Source: Candidatus Adlerbacteria bacterium
GTDB lineage: Bacteria > Patescibacteriota > Minisyncoccia > Phycocordibacterales > SBAW01
DNA: 64,000 nucleotides
Direction: 5' to 3'
Assembly: GCA_037135035.1 (NCBI GenBank)
Contig: JBAXLB010000001.1
Span: 94,465 to 158,464 of the forward strand
Positions 33,154 through 43,168 of this stretch are shown piece by piece (the first letter of the stretch is position 1; every line of letters starts with the position of its first letter). The translations under genes and the position numbers were made by a program. The notes under the pieces are model-generated. The model was not told where the DNA came from, ran no database searches, and saw nothing but the letters and a program-made list of their open reading frames with translations.

Positions 33154-36100
33154 TTATGCACTGCAACTTTCGCACTCGCCGAGTATTTCAACCGGGCGGC
33201 GTAGTGTAGGAGACTGTTTGCCCATGCGCACTGGTGCGCTAAACCGCTCACGTGCCGCCTCGCCTGCAAGCAGGTCGGTCATGCCTTGTGACTGCTCCCC
33301 GGTTACTGCCGCTGCAGACACTACTGCAACTTCTGGTGCGGTAGACATAATAAGTGGCGACGGCATAGGGACGCCAGCAACGTCGCTTATGGTTGTGACG
33401 GTAAGCGTTTCTTCAACCATTACAGTAGATGGAGTACCACTCCCGATGTTGCCAGCAGAGTCATTTTTGCTGGTGCCGCCAAACTTGTTCATATCGACTG
33501 TTGCTTTTTCAATACGTGACGCGCCCATAGTGCGCAGGTAGTACGTTGTTTTTAACCCGAGGCCCCATGCGTACTGGTAGATGTCGGAAAGGACTTTGCC
33601 AGAGGTGCCACTGTAAAAGATGTTTAAAGACTGCGACTGGTCTATCCAACGGCCACGGTGTGCAGCTGCTTTAATAAGCCACTGTGAGTCAATTTCGAAC
33701 GCTTCTTTGTATTTGCTGCGGAGACCTTCGGGGATTTCCAAAATCTCTTGGATACTGCCGTCGTAGTATTTTATCTTTTCGAGCATGTCGGCACCCCAAA
33801 GCCCTAGCTTCTTCAAGTCTTCTACTAAGAATTCGTTGACGACCATAAAGTCACCCGCCATGTTGGACTTTACGTACAAGTTTTTGTAGATAGGTTCAAT
33901 AGTAGGGTAGCAACCAGCGATGTTTGCGGTCGATGCTGTTGGCGCGTTTGCCATAGTGTTGGAGTTACGCATGCCCCACATACGCACCGCTTCGCGTACC
34001 AACTGCCAGTTGAGTGTCTCGTGGCGAGGTACATCTATTTTTGTGCCGCGCTCCTGTTCAAGTAGTGCAAGCGTGTCTTGTGGCAAAATGCCGCGGTCCC
34101 ACTTGCTACCCTTGTACGTTTCGTACGTACCGCGTTCTTTTGCGAGCAGGGAAGAAGAAAGGATTGCGTGGTAGGCGATAGTTTCCATGCTTTCGTCAGA
34201 AAAACGGACCGCTGCTTCGGAGTCGAAGTTAATGTTTAGTTTGTACAGTGCGTCCTGCAAGCCGCGGAGCCCGAGGCCTACTGGGCGGTGGCGCATGTTG
34301 GAGCGCTTAGTGTCTTCTGTTGGGTAGAAGTTGACGTCGATAACGTTGTCGAGCATGCGCATCGCAACCGGGATAATCCGCGCAACAAGCTCGCGGTCAA
34401 ATTTTCCGCCCTGCACAAAGGCTGACATGTTAATGCTGCCTAGGTTACACACCGCTGTTTCGTTTGCCGATGTATTGAGTGTAATTTCGGTGCAGAGGTT
34501 AGACGAGTGCACCACGCCAACATGGTCTTGTGGTGAGCGGACGTTCGACGGGTCCTTCCAGGTGATCCATGGGTGGCCCGACTCGAACAACATGGTGAGG
34601 TGCTTTTTCCAGAGGTCGGCGGCACGTACACGTTTAAACATTGGCATCTTGCCTGCTTCACCCAACTGTTCGTAGGCAATATAGGCTTCCTCAAACTTCT
34701 TTCCGTACAAGTCGTGCAAGTCGGGTACGTCAGAAGGCGAAAAGAGCGACCAGTGGCCGTCTTCGGCCAGGCGCTTCATAAACAGGTCAGGGATCCAGGT
34801 TGCAGTGTTTAGGTCGTGGGCACGGCGGCGTTCGTCGCCGGTGTTTTTGCGGAGTTCGATAAAGTCTTCGATGTCTGCGTGCCAGTATTCCAAATACACT
34901 GCGGCAGCACCTCTGCGGCGCCCCGAGCGGTTAATAGAAATAGTGACGTCGTTAGCAATTTTAAGGAATGGGATAACACCCTGGCTCTCCACTCCGGTCG
35001 ACTTAATAAGTGAGCCTGTTGCGCGTATTGGGGTCCAGTCGGTACCCAAGCCTCCCGCGTACTTCAACAACTGCGCACCATCGGAATACTGTTTAAAGAT
35101 AGCGTGCAAGTCGTCGGGCACTGTGGAGAGGAAACAGGACGAGAGTTGTGGGAGTTTAAGCCCTGCGTGGTAGAGCGTGGGGGAAGACGGTGTGTAGTAC
35201 ATCGCCGACATCACTTCGTAAAACTCAATTGCCTGGGCATTACGGTCTTCGGGAGTTTTTTCTGCAAGTGCACAGCCCATAGCAACGCGCATCCAGAATA
35301 TCTGAGGGCTTTCAAGCAGTTTGCGAGTGCTGTGTTCTTTAGACAAATAGTTTGCCTGCAGTGTTTGGAGTCCCAAATATCTAAAGTCACGGTCACGGTC
35401 AAGTACAAGCGCCTCTGCAAGCGCCTTAAGGTCAAAGTCGGCAAGGCGTGGGTCGTACTGCCCGATTTCTACGCCGCGCGCAATAGTGCGTGCAAAGCCC
35501 TGGCGGTGTGCCTCTTCCATTTGGGTGTAGTCGATGTCGCCCAATACTTCGCGGTACATAGACTGCAACAACAAGCGCGCCGCAATAGTGGAGTGGGCCG
35601 GGTCGCGTTCGATCATCGAGCGGACAACCATGATAAGCACTTCGTGGATGTCTTTTGTCTTCATCCCGTCGTACATTTCCTGGCGGACTTTTGCAATGAT
35701 AGAGCCTGCGTCGATAAGATTCTCCATACCTTCTGCGGCACGCGCAAGGGTGCGTGAGAGTTTGTGCTCGCTAAAGTGTTCTTTTGAGCCGTCGCGCTTG
35801 GTGATAAGGAGGGCATTGTCCGCAATTTTTTCGGCAATTTCTTCCTTTTTCTCTTCGCGGATTTTGTCGTGCTCGTAGCGGTAAATGATGTACGATTTTG
35901 CAACGCCAAAGTAGTTGCGGACCATCAATGCTGTTTCTACCAGGTCTTGAATATTTTCTACCGAGGGGATAAACGCAGTGTTGCCGTACTGCAAGTCTAT
36001 AGAGTCGACAACAACGCGGGTGATGTCTTTTGCGTCAGCTTCGTGGCTGTCGCCCAAGGTTGCGGCAAAGGCCTTTTGCACGGCAATGGTGATATTTTCT

Positions 36101-36156
36101 GGTTGGAAGTCTGCAATCTCTCCGTTTCGCTTCTTTATTTTCTGTGTTATCGCCAT
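33154..36156 (-). CDS. nrdA: Ribonucleotide reductase alpha subunit with an N-terminal ATP-cone and a C-terminal CxxC redox tail.
   Basis: ATP-cone KRNGEIADF, catalytic NLCTEI motif, long Ser/Thr/Ala-rich C-terminus ending CESCSA. Confidence 0.9.
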   Translation of the reverse strand: MAITQKIKKRNGEIADFQPENITIAVQKAFAATLGDSHEADAKDITRVVVDSIDLQYGNTAFIPSVENIQDLVETALMVRNYFGVAKSYIIYRYEHDKIREEKKEEIAEKIADNALLITKRDGSKEHFSEHKLSRTLARAAEGMENLIDAGSIIAKVRQEMYDGMKTKDIHEVLIMVVRSMIERDPAHSTIAARLLLQSMYREVLGDIDYTQMEEAHRQGFARTIARGVEIGQYDPRLADFDLKALAEALVLDRDRDFRYLGLQTLQANYLSKEHSTRKLLESPQIFWMRVAMGCALAEKTPEDRNAQAIEFYEVMSAMYYTPSSPTLYHAGLKLPQLSSCFLSTVPDDLHAIFKQYSDGAQLLKYAGGLGTDWTPIRATGSLIKSTGVESQGVIPFLKIANDVTISINRSGRRRGAAAVYLEYWHADIEDFIELRKNTGDERRRAHDLNTATWIPDLFMKRLAEDGHWSLFSPSDVPDLHDLYGKKFEEAYIAYEQLGEAGKMPMFKRVRAADLWKKHLTMLFESGHPWITWKDPSNVRSPQDHVGVVHSSNLCTEITLNTSANETAVCNLGSINMSAFVQGGKFDRELVARIIPVAMRMLDNVIDVNFYPTEDTKRSNMRHRPVGLGLRGLQDALYKLNINFDSEAAVRFSDESMETIAYHAILSSSLLAKERGTYETYKGSKWDRGILPQDTLALLEQERGTKIDVPRHETLNWQLVREAVRMWGMRNSNTMANAPTASTANIAGCYPTIEPIYKNLYVKSNMAGDFMVVNEFLVEDLKKLGLWGADMLEKIKYYDGSIQEILEIPEGLRSKYKEAFEIDSQWLIKAAAHRGRWIDQSQSLNIFYSGTSGKVLSDIYQYAWGLGLKTTYYLRTMGASRIEKATVDMNKFGGTSKNDSAGNIGSGTPSTVMVEETLTVTTISDVAGVPMPSPLIMSTAPEVAVVSAAAVTGEQSQGMTDLLAGEAARERFSAPVRMGKQSPTLRRPVEILGECESCSA

Positions 36157-36329
36157 ACCATGTGCCTTAAGTAATAAAATTCTAATACCTACGTGTATAA
36201 TTTTTGCTTGGGAGATACATTATACTCCTTTCCTATTTTTAAAATCGAAAAAAGCGCTGTGAATAGCAAATCCGAGAACTTTTTTGGCAAAAAGCAACTG
36301 TACTTTTCAATTTATACGCATCAAGTGCA

Positions 36330-36358
36330 AAAAACAGCCTCGCTAAAGGCTGTTTTTA
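36330..36358. terminator. Bidirectional terminator hairpin.
   Basis: AAAAACAGCC-ucgcuaaa-GGCUGUUUUU. Confidence 0.6.
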
Positions 36359-36394
36359 CCTCGAAAATGAAGACTTCCTCCCACCGGGGAGATT

Positions 36395-36835
36395 TTAAAA
36401 ATTAACAGGAATATCCAATTCTTTTTCGCGTGCCGGGTCGCCCGAGGGGTTGTCGTTTTTGAGTACCAGTGTGCCTACTGTGCCGGCAGGCTGTGCGGTA
36501 AACGTAAGCGTTGCGGTGAAGGGCACATATTCGCTTGTCATCCAGTCGCCCTGTGCAGTGACGTGACCTTGTGCAATAACTGCACCTGTCGCACTGCGTA
36601 GTTCAACGGGGGCAGAGGCTTCAAAATACCAGCTACCGCGTGCTGTGCCGGTAACCACAAGAGGTGATACGATCGTGGTGTGGGGCAGTGGTGAAGTTGT
36701 TGTAATGATGTCGTCGATTGAAGCAGGAATGGCCGTGGTGGCTATTTTATGTGACGGGACAAACACAAGTACCAACAGTCCGGCGACAATAATGAAAAAG
36801 AGAACAATAACAAGTATCCATTTTTTAGTGTGCAT
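36395..36835 (-). CDS. Gmad2-like immunoglobulin-fold domain protein, membrane-anchored.
   Basis: N-terminal TM helix then ARGSWYFEASAPVELRSATGAVIAQG...ATLTF, matching the Gmad2 Ig-like pattern. Confidence 0.55.
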   Translation of the reverse strand: MHTKKWILVIVLFFIIVAGLLVLVFVPSHKIATTAIPASIDDIITTTSPLPHTTIVSPLVVTGTARGSWYFEASAPVELRSATGAVIAQGHVTAQGDWMTSEYVPFTATLTFTAQPAGTVGTLVLKNDNPSGDPAREKELDIPVNF

Positions 36836-36840
36836 AGTAC

Positions 36841-37533
36841 TTAATTTTTACTCGAGAATAATTCGCGTTCTTTAGGGAACAGCCACAGTGCTATGTGGTA
36901 AATACCGTAGGTGATAAAAAATGCTGACGCGACGTCTATAGAGTAGTGGATGTGCCCAAGCAGCACAATGGTTGCAAAAAATAGAGAAGAGGCAAGGTAA
37001 AAATAGCGCGCAGGGATTTCATTCCAAAATGCCAGTGCTCCTAAAAACGGGAAGCCTGTGTGACCAGAAAAAAAGAGGTCCCCGCCGAAAAAAGCCTGGT
37101 TTACGGTTGTGCCAAAGTCGTCTGCCAAATGTGGGGCAAACGGTGCAAGGTGGGTAAGCGAGGTAAATACCGAACGGATAATAAAAAACAGTGCAGTGGT
37201 ATAGAGCGCAAACGGTATACGTTTAGGGTCTGCAAGGCACAGCACTATGCTGACAAAAATCAGTGCAAATGTCCCCCAGACGAACAAGTTGTCTACTGGA
37301 AGAGCCTGCGTATTTGAAAGTATAAGGTCGGTAACAGAATTACTAACCTTTTCTGAACTAAATTGTATGGCAAGGTTGTTTACCACTAAACTCATAGCAA
37401 AGACTACAAAAGACGTCACTACAGAAAAACGGAACGCGGTGTTTCTGAGCTGGGAACGGTAGCGTGAAGCAATTAGTTTATGCATGAGTGTTGTTTTTGT
37501 GTGCAAGAAGGGCTTCCCGGTAAAATTTTTCAA
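36841..37533 (-). CDS. PAP2-superfamily integral membrane protein (sphingomyelin/inositol-phosphorylceramide synthase-like motifs).
   Basis: Multi-TM protein with SGHTG and HIHYSIDV (PAP2 C2/C3 motifs). Start probably at the internal M (MHKLIAS), which reduces overlap with the upstream gene. Confidence 0.5.
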   Translation of the reverse strand: MKNFTGKPFLHTKTTLMHKLIASRYRSQLRNTAFRFSVVTSFVVFAMSLVVNNLAIQFSSEKVSNSVTDLILSNTQALPVDNLFVWGTFALIFVSIVLCLADPKRIPFALYTTALFFIIRSVFTSLTHLAPFAPHLADDFGTTVNQAFFGGDLFFSGHTGFPFLGALAFWNEIPARYFYLASSLFFATIVLLGHIHYSIDVASAFFITYGIYHIALWLFPKERELFSSKN

Positions 37534-38689
37534 AGGCTTCTAGTGTTTTGTTTATATCATGGTGGGAGATAATTTCGAGGCTGTGCTCCGCCATATTTGC
37601 ACGTTTTGCACCGTCGCTGAACATGTCCACAATGCGGCTGGCGAGTTCTTCGGCATTGCCCGGCTCAAATAAAAAGCCGTTTTTACCATGGTGTATAAGC
37701 TCGGGTAAGGCAACGGCATCTGCGCCAAGTATAGGCAGGCCTGTTGCCATGGCTTCCATAGCAACAATGCATTGTAGTTCTGCGGTGCCTGCGTTTACAA
37801 AGCAGTCTGCTGCGGCGTAGAGGCTAGGAAGTAGCTCATCGGGAACAAAGCCGGTAAAAGTGACATGCTCGGCCACTCCCAATTTCTGCGCTAGTTTTTT
37901 GAGATTAGTATCTTCGGCACCGTGACCTGCAACAATAAAATGTATATCAACTTCTTTTCGTGTCTCACCCGTAGGGCTACGACCGAGGGCAATTGCCACC
38001 GCGCGCAATACTATGTCGACGTTTTTTTCTTTGTCCAAACGCCCCACAAACAGGAGTGTCGGTTTGTTTGGCAAATTATATTTCTCTCGCGCAGGCGCAG
38101 GGTCGTTGTTAGGGTTAAATAGTGCAAGATCTATACCGTTTGAAATTGCCGGCAGTGTCCGTCCTATCCACGGTTCGATAAATGTGTTTGCCGTTTTGGT
38201 GGGGGAGGAAACACCGTATGTTTTGTTGAGTACGCGCACGGCGTCCTTCCATGCCAGAGCATTAATAGTGTCTCGTACAAACTGCGGCACGGGCAGGTAA
38301 TGACTCAAGTTTTCGGGCATAAAGTGGTTAGTGGCTACAACGGGGACATGCTGTCTCTGTGCGACTTTGAGTGTTTGTCTGCTTACAAAAAAGTGCATCT
38401 GTATATGTACGATGTCTGGTTTGAATTCTTGTATAACCTTTGCAATGCGACGGTTTATTATCCATGGCAGCACGAAACGGAATTTGGGCACGAACACGAT
38501 GGGGAATGAACGAACACCATAGAGCGTTACACCATGACGCACGTGTGTGTCATTACCAGTAGTTTGAGATGGGGAGATAACGGCAACCTCGTGCCCTCGC
38601 GCAACAAGAGATGCGGCAAGACGTTGGGTAAAATACGAGGCCCCGTTTACGTGCGGGTAGTAGGTGTCTGATGCGATAAGTACTTTCAT
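37478..38689 (-). CDS. GT4-family glycosyltransferase.
   Basis: N-terminal MKVLIASDTYYPHVNGAS, C-terminal E-x7-E-like region (GLPILGADAVALPELIHHGKNGFLFEP). Confidence 0.8.
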   Translation of the reverse strand: MKVLIASDTYYPHVNGASYFTQRLAASLVARGHEVAVISPSQTTGNDTHVRHGVTLYGVRSFPIVFVPKFRFVLPWIINRRIAKVIQEFKPDIVHIQMHFFVSRQTLKVAQRQHVPVVATNHFMPENLSHYLPVPQFVRDTINALAWKDAVRVLNKTYGVSSPTKTANTFIEPWIGRTLPAISNGIDLALFNPNNDPAPAREKYNLPNKPTLLFVGRLDKEKNVDIVLRAVAIALGRSPTGETRKEVDIHFIVAGHGAEDTNLKKLAQKLGVAEHVTFTGFVPDELLPSLYAAADCFVNAGTAELQCIVAMEAMATGLPILGADAVALPELIHHGKNGFLFEPGNAEELASRIVDMFSDGAKRANMAEHSLEIISHHDINKTLEAFEKFYREALLAHKNNTHA

Positions 38690-38693
38690 ATTT

Positions 38694-39263
38694 TTAGGCT
38701 TGGCGTCTCTTCCTGAAATACCATACTAGCAGTGCACATACAGACACAGCAACGGTAGCGAAGGCAACATAGTCAAAATATATACCCACTCGTTCATATG
38801 CGCTGCCAAAGAGTATGCCCAACGCTAAATACACAGCGGCCTGCACCAGTGTTACTAACAAACAAGCAAATATAAACAAAGGGTACGAAACGCGTACGAT
38901 ACCGGCCGCGATAAGTCCTGCAAAACCTATTCCTTGCGATACTTTAAATACGGCGGTCGTCTTGAAACGATTTTTTTCTATTTTGTGTTTTGCTTTTTCT
39001 ATTGTTTCTTGTTTAACGCCAAACACGCGCTCTAAAAAGCGGGTAATAGGGCCGCCGCCATACCTGCCAACTGCGTACCACGCGCTGTCGCCGACTAGGT
39101 CGCCTGCAACAACAACACAGTAGGCAATGACGGGGTTAAAAATCCCCGTTGTTGCTAACAGACCTGCGATGACGGTAATAATAGGTCCTTCCACAATGGC
39201 GAGCGGGAAGAGAATATAGTAGCCGTAGTGTTGCAATAGCAAAAGTGCCTGGTCGAGGGACAT
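38694..39263 (-). CDS. DedA/VTT-family membrane protein.
   Basis: YGYYILFPLAIVEGPIITVIAGLL and the following G-rich motif typical of DedA proteins. Confidence 0.8.
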   Translation of the reverse strand: MSLDQALLLLQHYGYYILFPLAIVEGPIITVIAGLLATTGIFNPVIAYCVVVAGDLVGDSAWYAVGRYGGGPITRFLERVFGVKQETIEKAKHKIEKNRFKTTAVFKVSQGIGFAGLIAAGIVRVSYPLFIFACLLVTLVQAAVYLALGILFGSAYERVGIYFDYVAFATVAVSVCALLVWYFRKRRQA

Positions 39264-39314
39264 GGGTACTCCAGTATATACCCCAGAACCTGCTTTTTGT
39301 GTTAAAATACCCAG

Positions 39315-39782
39315 ATGTCAGCTGCTCTTATTATTTTCTGCGCGCAATACCTTATATGGGTTATGGTCGCGGCTTTTGTAGGCTACTTCTTGTACGCGCG
39401 CAAACGTACCAAGCGCAAAATGCTCCTGTTGTCGCTTATTGCATTGCCGGCTGCCTATGCCGTAGCGAAAATTGCAGGGATTTTTTACTTTAACCCACGG
39501 CCGTTTATTTCAGATGGTGTGGTGCCACTTTTTACTCACGTAGCTAGCAACGGCTTCCCGTCCGGCCATATGCTGTTTGCCGCGGCACTTGCAACTATTG
39601 TGCTTATGTTTAACCGCCCTGTCGGAATACTGCTGTGGGTTATGGCAGTAGTTGTGGGTATAGCCCGTGTATTAGCCGGGGTACACCACTATATAGACAT
39701 CCTCGGTGCTAGTGTCATTGCATTTTGTGTGGTATTTATTGTGTATAGGTCTATACGCGGTGCAGGGTGGTACCGCGGGTAG
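39315..39782 (+). CDS. PAP2-family phosphatase (BcrC/undecaprenyl-diphosphatase-like).
   Basis: PSGH and SR...GVHHYIDILG motifs in a 4-5 TM protein. Confidence 0.75.
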   Translation: MSAALIIFCAQYLIWVMVAAFVGYFLYARKRTKRKMLLLSLIALPAAYAVAKIAGIFYFNPRPFISDGVVPLFTHVASNGFPSGHMLFAAALATIVLMFNRPVGILLWVMAVVVGIARVLAGVHHYIDILGASVIAFCVVFIVYRSIRGAGWYRG

Positions 39783-39824
39783 GGTACAATAGAAGGGTCT
39801 TATTTAGTAGCTTTATATAACGTA

Positions 39825-39977
39825 ATGGAAACTGAAATTGCATACTGCGTAAAGTGTCGCGAAAAGCGCGAGATGAAAGACGCAAAAGAAGTTGAGATGA
39901 AGGGGGGTCGCCGCGCAATGTCCGGTATGTGCACGGTCTGTGGCACAAAGATGTTTAAGATCTTAGGCAAGGCAAAG
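39825..39977 (+). CDS. Unlisted 50-aa zinc-ribbon protein (DUF5679-like): METEIAYCVKCREKREMKDAKEVEMKGGRRAMSGMCTVCGTKMFKILGKAK.
   Basis: CxxC-N22-CxxC with the YCVKC...CxVCGTKMF pattern I recall for the DUF5679 family. Below the ORF-track cutoff. Confidence 0.5.
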
Positions 39978-40013
39978 TAGTAGACTTCACATATTCGAAG
40001 CAAATAACTTCCT

Positions 40014-40062
40014 GAAAAAAGTCTGGCCTCGCCCAAGCGAGGAGATCCGAGGACTTTTTGAA
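40014..40062. repeat. ~48-nt GC-rich repeat (family 2), intergenic copy: AAAAAGTCTGGCCTCGCCCAAGCGAGGAGATCCGAGGACTTTTTGAA.
   Basis: Nearly identical termini and core to the copy at 62667-62713. Terminal inverted AAAAGTC/GACTTTT and internal CCTCGC/GCGAGG stem. Shares the GGCCTCGCCC...CCGAGG core with family 1. Confidence 0.75.
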
Positions 40063-40088
40063 GGGAGTTTTTGCGTAGATAGTAAATG

Positions 40089-41132
40089 TTACGCGTGGGT
40101 GTTAGGCATCTCTCGGTGGATGTCTGCAATTTCTTGCATAATCTCGGGCGAAAGTGTGAGGTTTCCGGCCTCAATATCGACAGCAAGTTGTTCCATAGAT
40201 GTGGCTCCTATAATGCTCGATGTTGTAAACGGACGAGATACAGTAAAGGCAATAGCCATAGCGGCTGGGTCCAAACCATATTTTTTAGCTAAGTCGACAT
40301 AGCGCGTAATAGCCACTTGTGACTGCGGTGGGTTGTAGTGCGCGTTGCGGTCGGTTAAAGCCAAACGGCTGCCGGCAGGCCGTGCGCCACCCAAATATTT
40401 ACCCGTAAGTGAGCCCATCGAAAGGGGCGAATAGGGAAGCAGGCCGATGTTTTCACGCAGGCACATTTCCGAAAGGCCAATTTCAAATTTTCGGTTGAGT
40501 AGTGAGTACTGGTTTTGGATGGTAGAGATCTTCGCCAGGCCTTTCTCGCGCGCTAAGTTCAAATACTGCATAACGCCCCAAGGCGACTCATTAGAAACAC
40601 CAATTGCACGGACCTTACCTTCTTTTACAAGTTCGGTAAGGGCTGAAAGAGTTTCTTCAATTGGGGCGCCGTCTTGCGATGCGTCGACATCTTCAACGCC
40701 GTACCGGCCCCAGACATTGGTAAGGCGGTCGGGGCCGTGCACTTGGTAGAGGTCCACGTAGTCGGTACCAAGGCGGGTCAATGAGCCGTCTATCGCTTCG
40801 CGGATTTCGGCACGGGTAAGGCCTGATGCTTGGCGTGTGCCGATAGAGTTTTTTTGCAACATGCACGCAACCTTGCTTGCAATAATTAAGTCTTTTCTCT
40901 TTCCACTTTTTGCGAGCCACGAGCCCAAGTATTTCTCCGTTGTACCCTGCAGGTCGCGCTGCGGCGGGACGGGATAAATTTCTGCAGTGTCGATAAAGTT
41001 TATGCCATGTGCGGTCGCGTAGTCGAGCTGTTCGTGCGCCTGACTTTCCGTGTTTTGCTGGCCCCAGTTCATGGTGCCAAGGCAAATTGATGTAACTTCT
41101 ATGTCTGTGCCCGGTAGTGTTCTTTTTTGCAT
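40089..41132 (-). CDS. Aldo/keto reductase family oxidoreductase.
   Basis: AKR signatures (GTMNWG, IDTAEIY, conserved catalytic Y/K/D/H context), 347 aa. Confidence 0.85.
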   Translation of the reverse strand: MQKRTLPGTDIEVTSICLGTMNWGQQNTESQAHEQLDYATAHGINFIDTAEIYPVPPQRDLQGTTEKYLGSWLAKSGKRKDLIIASKVACMLQKNSIGTRQASGLTRAEIREAIDGSLTRLGTDYVDLYQVHGPDRLTNVWGRYGVEDVDASQDGAPIEETLSALTELVKEGKVRAIGVSNESPWGVMQYLNLAREKGLAKISTIQNQYSLLNRKFEIGLSEMCLRENIGLLPYSPLSMGSLTGKYLGGARPAGSRLALTDRNAHYNPPQSQVAITRYVDLAKKYGLDPAAMAIAFTVSRPFTTSSIIGATSMEQLAVDIEAGNLTLSPEIMQEIADIHREMPNTHA

Positions 41133-41182
41133 AAGTTACTAGTATAACAAATAAAAAAAATACTCACGCAGGAGTGAAGTAC

Positions 41183-41404
41183 CTAATTTTCTGAATGAAA
41201 TTCCTCTTTTCGTTCCGCTACATTATGGGCGGCTTCTTCCTCTTGTTCGGCAGCTATTTCCTCGGCAGCTTCTCCGGGAGTCTGTTCTTCAACACTATCT
41301 TTTTCTTCCCCATCTACAACAAACGGGGCAGTGGCCCAGACATACAAACATGCGAGTACTAGTACAAGAAGAAATACTCCACCACCTATAATAAATTCAT
41401 TCAT
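41183..41404 (-). CDS. Small membrane protein with an acidic C-terminal tail (73 aa).
   Basis: One TM helix then an E-rich tail. Directly downstream of mltG on the same strand. Confidence 0.35.
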   Translation of the reverse strand: MNEFIIGGGVFLLVLVLACLYVWATAPFVVDGEEKDSVEEQTPGEAAEEIAAEQEEEAAHNVAERKEEFHSEN

Positions 41405-41411
41405 ATAGTAT

Positions 41412-42437
41412 CTACTTACCTTGTCCGTAGTATTTCTTTAACATTGCAACGTGCTTTTCGTACGTGTCCGAGCAGTGGAAGTTACCGTCGTCATCATGGA
41501 AATAAAAGAGGCACGAGGTTTTTTTAGGGTTAAGCGCCGCAAGTACTGCAGCAACGCTTGGGTTGGCAATAGGTGCTGGTGGGAGCCCTGCGTTTTGGTA
41601 GGTATTGTACGGTGAGTCGATGTATTTGTCCTTTGGGTAGACAATAGGCCACCACGGGCCTTTGCCGGTTGCTTTTGCGTACTGCAGTGTCGAGTCCATT
41701 TGTAACTTCATCCCAACAAATGTGCGGTTCCAAATAATACCGGAAATTATTCGCATCTCGTCTGGGTCGCTTGTTTCGCGCTCAATTATAGACGCCATAG
41801 TGAGCCCGTCGTTTAAGGGGACAATTTCTTGTACACCTTTGGTGTATCGCGACAGCACAGAGTCGGAAAAACGTTCCGCAACTTCGAGCTGTAGTGCGCC
41901 TATAGATGTGTCACTTGAGACAGCATAGTTTCCAGGTGCAATGCTCCCTTCGGTAAGTATTTCGTTCGAAACGGGTGGCAACTGTAAAAATTGTTTTTGC
42001 GTATTTGCGTTCCACCCCAGTACTTTGGCAAATTTTGCCACAACTTGTTCCTTTCGTACTCCGGGGTCTATGGTCACAATCTGCGGCGCGTCTCCCACAG
42101 CGGCAACGCTTTGGTAGAGGGGCGTTGCTGCTATAAGCAGTGCGACACGTTCAAAAAAAGCTCCTGCACTTGCAACCGCAGCAACCAAAGGCGTGTGCTG
42201 TTTTTGGAACATTGCTTCAACTGCAGGACTTTCTTTAATAGTTTTTTTTGTAGGGTCAACAGTGACAGGGAAGGGTGGTTGAGTGTCTCCGTTCTGCTGC
42301 CAAAACAACATGCTGGGGAGCACAAAAAATATAGTCGAAAGTAGTACTGTGGCAATGCCGAGCCCGTACAAAAATTTTCGCATGCGCCATGTGGTCCGAG
42401 CCACTACAGCCTTTCGTAACTTCATCCTTTCTATCAT
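41412..42437 (-). CDS. mltG: Endolytic murein transglycosylase MltG (YceG-like).
   Basis: N-terminal TM then a YceG domain with DSPYNTYQNAGLPPAPIANP signature. Confidence 0.8.
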   Translation of the reverse strand: MIERMKLRKAVVARTTWRMRKFLYGLGIATVLLSTIFFVLPSMLFWQQNGDTQPPFPVTVDPTKKTIKESPAVEAMFQKQHTPLVAAVASAGAFFERVALLIAATPLYQSVAAVGDAPQIVTIDPGVRKEQVVAKFAKVLGWNANTQKQFLQLPPVSNEILTEGSIAPGNYAVSSDTSIGALQLEVAERFSDSVLSRYTKGVQEIVPLNDGLTMASIIERETSDPDEMRIISGIIWNRTFVGMKLQMDSTLQYAKATGKGPWWPIVYPKDKYIDSPYNTYQNAGLPPAPIANPSVAAVLAALNPKKTSCLFYFHDDDGNFHCSDTYEKHVAMLKKYYGQGK

Positions 42438-42475
42438 ACCAGTAAAACATGGGCGTATAGTAGTATGTAGAGTAT

Positions 42476-42859
42476 ATGGCGAGGAAGTTTTTACAACGCA
42501 AAAGCACGTGGCGGGGGACGTACGTCGACCTCTGGAGTGTCCCGCATGTTATTTCGGGTGTTGTTATTGCGTATCTACTATTCTTTTTTGACTTTAGTTT
42601 TTACGTGAGTTTTTGGATAGCGCTTTCTATTGGTATTGGGTGGGAATTGTTTGAACGCATTACGCGGCTGTCGCGCACGGAAGCCTACACCAACTCTCTG
42701 GGAGACATAGTTGCGGCCCAGGCTGGGTTTGGTGCAGCGTTTTTTTTGCTTAGTAAATTTAACAGCCCAAGTACAGAAAAAATAATTATCCTCGCGTTGT
42801 GTGTGGTTTTTGGAATTTTGTGTCTGCTTGGCTTCCGCGCATTTAAATATTACGGTTAG
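42476..42859 (+). CDS. Hypothetical 4-TM membrane protein.
   Basis: Hydrophobic segments only. Low confidence. Confidence 0.3.
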   Translation: MARKFLQRKSTWRGTYVDLWSVPHVISGVVIAYLLFFFDFSFYVSFWIALSIGIGWELFERITRLSRTEAYTNSLGDIVAAQAGFGAAFFLLSKFNSPSTEKIIILALCVVFGILCLLGFRAFKYYG

Positions 42860-43168
42860 TTGCAAAAAGAAAACCGCCCCCTACTGGGAGCGGCGTGGCA
42901 GACGAAGAAAGAGCCTGTAGAACAGCAGGGCTACCAGCCCGATCGCGCATACGGCCCGTGCCTCTAAAGGCACTTCAGCAAGACGTTGGACGTGTAGAAG
43001 TTGGCCGACGAAATCGACCCCTCTAAAGATGCAGTAGCCGATGAGACAAAACAGTATAATTTTCAAAATGAGCTTCCTCATCTGTGCCCCCATGAGCAGT
43101 TTCTAATTTAGACCGTATAAAATTTGGTCTTATTTGTCAAATGTGGAACTGCGTGGTGGCCTGTGTGC

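Noticed and set aside
35104-35757. 217-aa plus-strand ORF inside nrdA
   Set aside because: Antisense to a strongly supported RNR alpha-subunit gene.
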